NCBI GenBank assembly: GCA_041288045.1
Contig: JBGGMM010000152.1
Location: forward strand, 1-22,525
Reading direction: 5' to 3'
Length of the DNA: 22,525 nucleotides
Source of the DNA: Pseudobdellovibrionaceae bacterium
Lineage (GTDB): Bacteria > Bdellovibrionota > Bdellovibrionia > Bdellovibrionales > Bdellovibrionaceae
The notes beneath the pieces are model-generated. The model made no database searches. It was given only the letters and a program-made list of their open reading frames with translations, and was not told the DNA's origin. The position numbers and the translations under genes were made by a program. This document shows positions 9,914 to 17,699 of this stretch, piece after piece. The stretch's first letter is position 1; each line of letters begins with the position of its first letter.

Positions 9914-11419
9914 ATGAGTCTTCATTACAGTCTCTTCTTTTTGGCATTTTTTCTCTTTAGCTGTCAGACCACACCAAAAAATCAATTCACGGAATCTCGC
10001 CAACCCGCTCTGACCTCTGCTGATTGGCCCGAAGGCCCGATCGATGACTGCATTCAAAGTGAGTTGATTTTTGGTTTCTCAAAACCGGTTTCTAGCGAAT
10101 GCACTTTCAATTATGTGCATATCTATCCGAGTGATATGGGAAATACTCCGATTCTCAATCATGGTCAGGCCAAGATCGGCTCGTTTAATGTTTTTCACAT
10201 GGGCGATAAGCAGGCCCCATTAAAAGATTTTCGTCGAATCGCAAAAATCATGAATCAGTGGGATCTTGTCGGAACCCAGGAGTTCATGCCGCTGTCGACA
10301 GAGTCAGCTCTTGATAACAGACTTTTATTTCAAGCTTTGAAAGGCAAAGACAAAGAAGCTGTGCACTCTTTGTTTAAAAATCAGCCAGCTCTTGCGCCCG
10401 GCCATATTCGCATGTTGATTGAACTACAGAAGTTGGATTCTTCTTGGGCTTTGATCATGCAACCTGTACCAGAGGGTGAAGGCAGCAGTGGAGAGATGGC
10501 TGGATTTTTCTATCGCTCCAGTGTGACTCGGTTGAAGGAATGGGACTATTGTCCCAAATCAGGTTTGGCCGATGTGCGAGGTCATTTTACTGCTAAAAAT
10601 TGGGCTTGTTTGGTGCAGGTTCCAGAAGCGCAAAGAAAGCTCATGTCAAGATCTGCATTTGCCGCTTTTTTTCAAATTGGCAATTTTGATTTCATCGCTC
10701 TGACTTCGCACATCCGCTTTCGTCCAGCTACGCTTGCAAAAGATCGGGCTTTGCAATCTCAAGAACTTTGCGAAGTGCAAAGCGAGGCCGCCAATTGCCG
10801 TATCTCTCAAGAGAATGTCGGACGATTTTACGAAGTCAAAGCCGTTTTGGATCAAATTGACGAACTGAAAAAAGCGTCTCGAGATCAAGATGTGATCTAC
10901 ATGGGTGATTTCAATCTCGAGCTGATCAATAGCACTCGCCCTCACTGGAAAATGGCTTTGGCTTCGGCTGAGGGTTTTGATGTGTTCCAGACAGCTCCCA
11001 CCACATTGGGTGTGAAGAAAACAAGGCTTGTGAGCAATTATGATCACTTTATTTTGCATTCTCAGTTGAGCAAAGAATGTTTGACTGCTTCGATGAAGCC
11101 CTTTGATTTCACTCAAGGAGAAGCGGGTTCAAAAGATCCACTCATGAAAGACATTGGTCAGCTTCTCACTGAGCAGGGGCAAGCTGAAGTCATCGATTAT
11201 AAATCCGCTGAGCTTTCCCAGATGGTTAAATTTCAGAACTCGAAAGGACAAGTCCCTTTTCGCAAACTGAGCCCCACTGAAATTCAAAACGCTCAAGAGA
11301 GTCTAAAAAATGCCCTTGTTCGGGCGCGAAAAAATTCAATTGCCGCTTATCTTGAATTTCTCAGCGATCATCTCCCTATCGAAATGGTTTGCCAAACAAG
11401 CCGACCCGATGACGATTAG
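9914..11419 (+). CDS. Endonuclease/exonuclease/phosphatase (DNase I-like) family lipoprotein
   Basis: Hydrophobic leader ending in lipobox-like LFSC. EEP motifs in order: SFNV, TQE, TSH, MGDFN, NYDH, SDHLP. Start set at ATG 9914 to give a normal-length signal peptide. Confidence 0.8.
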   Translation: MSLHYSLFFLAFFLFSCQTTPKNQFTESRQPALTSADWPEGPIDDCIQSELIFGFSKPVSSECTFNYVHIYPSDMGNTPILNHGQAKIGSFNVFHMGDKQAPLKDFRRIAKIMNQWDLVGTQEFMPLSTESALDNRLLFQALKGKDKEAVHSLFKNQPALAPGHIRMLIELQKLDSSWALIMQPVPEGEGSSGEMAGFFYRSSVTRLKEWDYCPKSGLADVRGHFTAKNWACLVQVPEAQRKLMSRSAFAAFFQIGNFDFIALTSHIRFRPATLAKDRALQSQELCEVQSEAANCRISQENVGRFYEVKAVLDQIDELKKASRDQDVIYMGDFNLELINSTRPHWKMALASAEGFDVFQTAPTTLGVKKTRLVSNYDHFILHSQLSKECLTASMKPFDFTQGEAGSKDPLMKDIGQLLTEQGQAEVIDYKSAELSQMVKFQNSKGQVPFRKLSPTEIQNAQESLKNALVRARKNSIAAYLEFLSDHLPIEMVCQTSRPDDD

Positions 11420-11442
11420 AGTAGTTGCTCTATACTTAGATT

Positions 11443-11462
11443 GAGTGAAAACTCTTTTTTTT
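11443..11462 (+). terminator. Possible weak intrinsic terminator
   Basis: GAGT-GAAA-ACTC hairpin (GNRA loop) followed by 8 T, 23 nt after the EEP stop. The stem is only 4 bp. Confidence 0.35.
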
Positions 11463-11500
11463 GTTGAATCTTTGAAGAGGACCGAGATATCTCCGGGCCT

Positions 11501-12454
11501 ATGAAAACATTCAAAACCATTTTATTTGCAGTTTTATTGGCAGTTTCTTTTTCCTCACAGGCACAGGATCTTCAAACTTCTGTTGAAAAAACAGAAACGA
11601 AGACAGCCCCCAAATGGAAAGCGGATTTCTACTCTTACTATTACAATTTTGCCGGCACAGAAGCTTCGAGCAAAGACGATGCACAGTATGATTTCGACGA
11701 TGCCACTTTGAATATGCAGCTGATGAGCTTGCAGTATCAATATTCAGACAAATGGACTTTTCAAGTGATGGCGACTTATCTCGATAACTATGTCGAGACC
11801 AAAATGTATGGACCTGGCGGCCTGACTGTTTATAAAGACCGCACCACAGGCATGGGAGATACTGTCTTTTCGGCATTCACGCCACTGTATGCCAGTGCTG
11901 AGGCTTTGGTGCTTGCAGATGTTGGGGTCTCAGTTCCGACAGGCGATATTGATCAAAAAAATGAATACTATCCTCAGTATCATTATGCCTACAACATGCA
12001 AAATGGCTCTGGCACTTACGATGCTGTGACTGGATTGACGGCTTTGAGTTTTCAGGGAAACACTCAGCTTGGCAGTCACTTGACTGGAATTTTTAGAAAC
12101 GGTCGCAATGCCAATGGCTATGGTCTTGGAAACTTATTTCGAGCCGATGCCTGGGTGGATTACAACACCAAATGGGGTCTGACACCAAGACTGGTCGGCT
12201 ACTACAAGCACAAAGGAGCTGTTCGAGGTGAAGATCAACAGTACAGCCCACGCGGAAACTCATTGGTTGAATTTTATTACCACGATCAAATCAATTGGGA
12301 TGTCTCGGCCGCTTTGAAATACAGCCAACCTGTCGGCCCCGTCGCCCTCTCTGCCGAAGTCGGCGCCCCTTTAGCCCAAGGAAGCCGAAATTACGACAAC
12401 GTCGTCGTCTCAACCGAATACTACGGCTCCTTGAACGTCGGCGGAAGCTTCTAA
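11501..12454 (+). CDS. Outer-membrane beta-barrel protein, probably COG4313/MetA-pathway-like channel
   Basis: Sec signal peptide ending SQA, aromatic-rich alternating strands, GMGD / GVSVPTG / MQNGSGTYD motifs, C-terminal Phe. Confidence 0.7.
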   Translation: MKTFKTILFAVLLAVSFSSQAQDLQTSVEKTETKTAPKWKADFYSYYYNFAGTEASSKDDAQYDFDDATLNMQLMSLQYQYSDKWTFQVMATYLDNYVETKMYGPGGLTVYKDRTTGMGDTVFSAFTPLYASAEALVLADVGVSVPTGDIDQKNEYYPQYHYAYNMQNGSGTYDAVTGLTALSFQGNTQLGSHLTGIFRNGRNANGYGLGNLFRADAWVDYNTKWGLTPRLVGYYKHKGAVRGEDQQYSPRGNSLVEFYYHDQINWDVSAALKYSQPVGPVALSAEVGAPLAQGSRNYDNVVVSTEYYGSLNVGGSF

Positions 12455-12500
12455 TTCTCCAAACCCTCGGCAGCAAAAACCCCTCAAGCCTCAAATTGAT

Positions 12501-12823
12501 CCCTCCTCCGAAAAACTTGCCAGACGACCACGATGGTCGTCTGGAAGCCTTCGCATGGACGGACCCACCCGCGTTTATCCTCGGCACCGCTGTGCTCGAG
12601 ACCCTCCATCCACGATGTTGACCGTCGGTACACCATACCAACGGACAACATCGTGGATGGGGTCGCCGCGAAGTCATTTAACAAAGTGGTGTGCGAAGCC
12701 TGCGTCTTCGCCTGATCGTGAACATCCATGTCCGTCTTTTCTGGAAATTCGGCCCTCCACGGCCTCACCCCTTCGGGGTCCGCCTTTGGCGGATTTCCAG
12801 AAAACCTAAAAGATTAGGAGGGG
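12501..12823. other. Highly structured GC-rich intergenic element (unassigned ncRNA or interspersed/MITE-like repeat)
   Basis: Perfect 11-bp hairpin at 12520-12544; 25-bp stem with 2 mismatches at 12606-12660; 12-bp perfect stem 12737-12748/12793-12804 enclosing three small hairpins; several further hairpins; bounded by CCCTCCT (12501) and AGGAGGG (12816). Confidence 0.75.
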
Positions 12824-12847
12824 AAGGGAAGTTGGTGGGTTTCGGCT

Positions 12848-15073
12848 TTAAATCAAAGCTCGAAGCTTGCTGCGATCGCCGACGATCCAGAGCAGGTCGG
12901 CGTTTTGGATTGTGAGGCTTGAATCTGGGTTGAGGATGCGATTGCTTTTTCTTTCGATGCCGACGACGAGGCCTGAGGTCTTTTCTCGGATGCCACATTC
13001 TCGGATGGTACGACCGATAAAAGGACTTTTATCGGTGACTAGATACTGCTCAAGGACGAAGGCTGAAGGATGGGCTTTGTCTTCACCAACTGGGATATAA
13101 AAAGTATTCAGAAAATTTTCAAATTCGCTGAGCTGCTCGTCGGTACCGATGACACTGACTCGGTCAAAAGGCATTAGCATTTCATTTCGGCTAGGGGCGG
13201 GGATCAGGCGATGGCCTCTTTGAATCATGGCGATAATGATTCCGAAATTTTCCCGCAATCCGAGTTGGGCCAATGTCTTTCAGACACATTCGGATTCTGG
13301 GTGGATTTCGTACTCGCTGAGATGGGCGTCCCAAGGGGCTAATTCCGGAGCCGGAGTCCGGGGGGAATTTCGCTGATGATGAACTTGTTTGATCAAGCGA
13401 TTTTCCAGGAAATGATAAACCGGTCCCATAAAGCGAAAAAGCGAAAGAGAAAGAGCGGCAAAAATCAAAATTGTCGTTAAAAGAACAGTTTGAAGAGACA
13501 CATACAGACTCAGAAGGCTTGAGACCAAAATCATGGCGAGCGAAATTCTTAGAATCGCAAAAAACTTGTGAACTCTTGGCGAAAACTGATCCCTGGCCAC
13601 TGCGATCAGTTCGGGTTTCTTGGTCTGGGCAAAAATAATCGCCCATAGAAAGGGGCTGGCCAGAAGCAACGACATCACAAGCGTGATCATGCGGGGCAGG
13701 CTTTCAGCTTCAGTGCGATTTTCGACAAAAGGATACAAAAAACGAGCTGAGAGAAGGAAAATCGCGATCACAACCACCATGTTGACAAAAATTTTCAAAA
13801 GATAACTGCGCAGCAAAGCTCGCCATTCAGAGTTGGCGCGGACGAGGTTTGAGAACTGCAGATACTGAAAGAGAAAATGCTGTGCTTTGGGTGGAATTAA
13901 TTTTTCAATTTGCGTGGCAAGAGTCGTTCGTGAGCGAATCAAATAAGGTGTGGTAAAAGTGGTCAAAGCTGAAACAGCAACAATGGTCGAATAAACTTTT
14001 TGATCGAGAACTTTCAGATTCATTCCAACTGAAGCCATGATGAAAGAGAATTCACCAATTTGCGCCATGCTGATGCCTGCTGGGATGGCAGTGGCCACAT
14101 TCTGTCCCGCCAGCAGAGCTCCGGTTGTGACATAATAGATCTTTCCGATAATCAAAACCCCAGCCAGCAGAAGAATGGTTCCAGGCTGGCTCATCAGGGC
14201 ATCGGGATCGATCATCATTCCGACAGAGACAAAGAAAACGGCCGAGAAGAGATTTTTGACCGGATGAAGAAGCTTATCGATTTTTTCTTTTTCATCGGTC
14301 TCACCTAAAATTGATCCCATGATGAAAGCTCCAAGAGCTGCTGAAAAGCCGGCCTGGCTGGCAGTCACCACCATCATAAAGCAGAGAGCCAGGGCAATAA
14401 TGAGAGTGCTCTCGTCAGTCAGAAGAGGTTTGACGGTCCGAATGGCCCAGGGAACAAGAAACAGTCCGATGACAAACCACCAGACCAGGTAAAACCCCAA
14501 TTTCCCAGCTGTCCACAAAAGTTCTGTGCCTTCAAATTGTCGGGAAAGACCCAAAGTGGTCAAAAGCACGATCAGAAGAACGGCCATTAAATCTTCAACA
14601 ATCAAAATGCCAAACACCAGTTGGGCAAAACGTTTGGCTTTCAATTGAAATTCTTCAAAAGCTTTAAAAATAATCGAAGTCGATGAGATCGAGATCATGG
14701 CGCCGAGAAAAAGACTTTGCAAAGTGGACCAAGACAAGATGAATTTTCCAACCATAAATCCCATCAGAAACATGGCTGTGATTTCAAAAAGTCCAATGAT
14801 CAGGACGGTGGATCCCATTTGTGCCAGCTTGCGAAAGCTGAAATCAATCCCAAGAGAAAAGAGCATGAAGATCACTCCCAGTTCGGCCCAAACTTGAATG
14901 CTCTGCATGTCTGTGATGTTGGGAAAAAAATGCGTGTAAGGACTGATCAGAAACCCCGCCAGCATATAGCCCAAAATCACTGGTTGTTTGAGTTTTCGGA
15001 AAATCAAGCTTGTCACAGCTGCCGTAATAAGAATGATGGAAAGGTCATGGATGAGCGGAGCAAGATGATTCAT
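12848..15073 (-). pseudogene. CPA2-family cation:proton antiporter with two C-terminal TrkA-C (RCK_C) domains, interrupted by an in-frame TGA at 13280-13282
   Basis: LKQPVILGYMLAG, AELGVIFMLFSLG, SISSTSII, GILIVEDL, ALGAFIMG, FFVSVGM, QIGEFSFI. ORFs 13280..15160 and 12848..13273 share one frame, separated only by the TGA. Start set at ATG 15073; 741 aa if the stop is read through. Confidence 0.85.
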
Positions 15074-15233
15074 ATCTCTATTGGAAATGCTGAAAGGCGA
15101 GAGATCAAGGATTGAAAAAAAACAGTTCCACGCAGGGAAATTTGCTAACAAAGAGAGCAATAACTCTTTGCATTAAATCAGCTAAAAGGGGTTTTCGTTG
15201 ACCCGGGAAGCTGGCTGTTTTTAGGTGGATGGC

Positions 15234-17699
15234 ATGACTCCACTGATGCGCCAGTATTGGGATATCAAATCCGCTCACCAGGATAAGATTCTTCTTTTTC
15301 GCATGGGCGATTTCTATGAAATGTTCTTTGAAGATGCTCAAGCTGCGGCTCCGCTTTTGGGAATTGCCCTGACTTCCAGAAATAAGAAATCCAGCGATGA
15401 AACCCCCATGTGCGGAGTTCCTCATCACTCCATCGCCGGTCCGATCAATAAACTTTTAAAGTCCGGTTTGAAAGTCGCTATTTGCGATCAAATCGAAGAT
15501 CCCAAAACGGCCAAGGGAATTGTGAAAAGGGCAGTGACTCGGATTTTAACACCGGGAATGGTGTATGACCCGGAGACTCTGGATCAGACTCAGAGCAACT
15601 ATCTGGCCTGTCTGGATCAGGGAACCTTGGCTTGTGTAGAAACGAGCACTGGAGAAGGTTTTTATTTTTCCGACCTCAGTGAAGTCGAAATCAAAAGGCT
15701 TCTTTCTGTTTTGCCAATTGCCGAAGTGGTGATTGATGAGAATTCAGAATTTTCAGAATTTCCAAATTTGATCAGCCGACATGGCGGATTGAAGTCTCTT
15801 TCTGATTCTTCTCCACAAGCCGTGCAAAGGCTTTTGTCTTACGTGGAAAGTCTTGGCGGAGCTGAAGCTCTGCAGACATTAAAGCCTTTTGAAAAGCGAA
15901 ATTTACAAAAGCGGTTGGATCTCTCAGCCACTGTTCTTCGGCATTTGGAAATTTTTTCGACCTATAAGGGAGATGGCAGCGGCAGCCTTTTTCAGGCCGT
16001 GGATCGCACCAAAACCTCGGCAGGAGCCAGGCTTTTGCGAAGCTGGCTGTCCTTTCCTCTCACTGAAGAAATGGACATTCTTCCTCGGCAGAACAAAGTC
16101 GAGAAATGGAGCCAAAACCCGGCATCACTTAAAAAATTGCGCGAGATTCTTGCGCAAATGGGAGACATCGAAAGAAGGCTTGGGAAAATCTCTCAACCCC
16201 AATGCAATGCCAGGGATCTGCTGGCTCTTGCTCATTCTGTCGAAGCCGGCCTTTCGGCACTGCAATTGGCAAATGAATCTTTGCCCGGTGAAGATTTAAA
16301 AAACCTCAGTGCTGAAATTCAAAAAACGATTGTCGAAGATCCGCCTTTGCAAACTCGCCAGGGGCATTTGATCCAATCGGGTTATTCACCGGTTTTGGAT
16401 GAGTGGATTCGTCTCTCGACTGACAGCCAGTCCCTCTTGGCAGAAATGGAATCCCGAGAAAAAGACAAGACGGGAATTTCAAGTTTGAAAATCCGCTATA
16501 ACAATGTCTTTGGTTACTACATCGAAATCACCCACACTCATAAAGACAAAGTCCCCTCTCATTATTTGCGAAAGCAGACCCTGGCCAATGCCGAAAGATT
16601 CTACACAGAGGAATTGGCCGAGCTGGAAAAGAAAGTGCTTTCAGCGCAAAACCAAAGAGCAGAGCTTGAGTATGAAATTTTTGAAGCTTTAAGAAAAAAA
16701 TGTCTCTCTCTAGCACCACAACTTTTAAGTTTGGCAGCGACTTGCAGCGAGCTAGATGTGACCTCCGCGCTGGCCTGGCTGGCCATTGAGCGCAAGTACG
16801 TCAAACCCAGCTTTGTCAAAAGTCGGCATTTAAAAATTTTGGGCTCTCGCCATCCCGTGGTTGAGCAGACAGTGCAAAAGTTGTTTGTGCCCAATGATAT
16901 TGAACTTTCCGCTCAAGGCTGTCTGCTGCTGACCGGTCCAAATATGGCCGGTAAGTCGACTTTGATGAGACAGGTCGCTTTGACCTCGGTGTTGGCTCAG
17001 GTGGGATCCTTTGTGCCGGCAGATACGGCTGAACTTCCGCTCTTTGATCATCTTTTCACTCGCATCGGAGCGAGTGATCAGCTTTCAGAGGGGCTGTCCA
17101 CCTTCATGGTTGAAATGACCGAGACTTCTGAAATGCTGGCGAAAGCCTCTGAAAAATCACTTTTGATTTTAGATGAAATCGGGCGGGGGACGAGCACTTT
17201 TGATGGAATGTCATTGGCTCAGGCGATTTTGGAGTTTTTACTGGAAAAGAAAAAAGCTCTGACTTTCTTTGCCACTCACTATCACGAGCTCACAGCCCTT
17301 GAAGAAAAATACCCACAGTTGAAAAATGCGCATATGACAGTGCTTGAAAAAAGCGGAGAGATTCGCTTTTTGCATACTCTCAAACAAGGTCCTGCGCAAA
17401 AATCATACGGAATCCAAGTGGCCCGGCTGGCTGGACTTCCTCCGGAAATCACACAGCGAGCAGCGGTCCTATTGAAAAATCTCGAAAAGAAACCTTCAGC
17501 CGATAGGACTCCTCAGCTTTCCTTGCTGGACTTTGAAATGACGGAACTGCAAAAACAAGAGAATCCAGAAATTTCAGTGATTTTAAAGGATCTTCAGCAG
17601 TATCCTGTCTCTAGTAAAACTCCGCTGGAAGCGATGAACTCAATTGCAAAATGGCAAGAAGCTCTCAAGGTTTCTCAGGAAGCCGACACACATTCTTAG
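15234..17699 (+). CDS. mutS: DNA mismatch repair protein MutS (MutS1)
   Basis: TPLMRQY, FRMGDFYEMF (Phe-X-Glu), GPNMAGKST Walker A, STFMVEM, DEIGRGTST, FATHYHEL, SYGIQVA. Start is ATG 15234 or GTG 15225. Confidence 0.97.
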   Translation: MTPLMRQYWDIKSAHQDKILLFRMGDFYEMFFEDAQAAAPLLGIALTSRNKKSSDETPMCGVPHHSIAGPINKLLKSGLKVAICDQIEDPKTAKGIVKRAVTRILTPGMVYDPETLDQTQSNYLACLDQGTLACVETSTGEGFYFSDLSEVEIKRLLSVLPIAEVVIDENSEFSEFPNLISRHGGLKSLSDSSPQAVQRLLSYVESLGGAEALQTLKPFEKRNLQKRLDLSATVLRHLEIFSTYKGDGSGSLFQAVDRTKTSAGARLLRSWLSFPLTEEMDILPRQNKVEKWSQNPASLKKLREILAQMGDIERRLGKISQPQCNARDLLALAHSVEAGLSALQLANESLPGEDLKNLSAEIQKTIVEDPPLQTRQGHLIQSGYSPVLDEWIRLSTDSQSLLAEMESREKDKTGISSLKIRYNNVFGYYIEITHTHKDKVPSHYLRKQTLANAERFYTEELAELEKKVLSAQNQRAELEYEIFEALRKKCLSLAPQLLSLAATCSELDVTSALAWLAIERKYVKPSFVKSRHLKILGSRHPVVEQTVQKLFVPNDIELSAQGCLLLTGPNMAGKSTLMRQVALTSVLAQVGSFVPADTAELPLFDHLFTRIGASDQLSEGLSTFMVEMTETSEMLAKASEKSLLILDEIGRGTSTFDGMSLAQAILEFLLEKKKALTFFATHYHELTALEEKYPQLKNAHMTVLEKSGEIRFLHTLKQGPAQKSYGIQVARLAGLPPEITQRAAVLLKNLEKKPSADRTPQLSLLDFEMTELQKQENPEISVILKDLQQYPVSSKTPLEAMNSIAKWQEALKVSQEADTHS

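Noticed and set aside
11484..11493. Perfect 10-bp palindrome GAGATATCTC before the OMP start
   Set aside because: A single short palindrome is expected by chance in 22 kb.
12606..12660. Retron msd or integron attC interpretation of the long hairpin
   Set aside because: No reverse transcriptase or integrase in the window; ATTTAAC near 12676 has no matching GTTRRRY partner.
12747..12768. Hammerhead-like UGA-GGCC-loop-GGCC-GAA on the minus strand
   Set aside because: Lacks the CUGANGA core, has GAAU instead of GAAA, and shows no matching stem I/III with a cleavage triplet.
12455..12847. RNase P RNA, tmRNA or self-splicing intron as the identity of the structured element
   Set aside because: The size fits, but I found no GAGGAAAGUCC core, no tRNA-like ends with 3' CCA, and no group II domain V or group I P7 motif on either strand.
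12291..12998. Cluster of short overlapping ORFs across the element
   Set aside because: Arg/Pro-rich, no recognisable motifs; explained by high GC and palindromic structure.
13280..13282. Selenocysteine or genome-wide TGA recoding
   Set aside because: The position aligns with Gly rather than Cys, no convincing SECIS follows, and TGA is the ordinary stop of purB, purC, purS, purQ, purF and ldcA.
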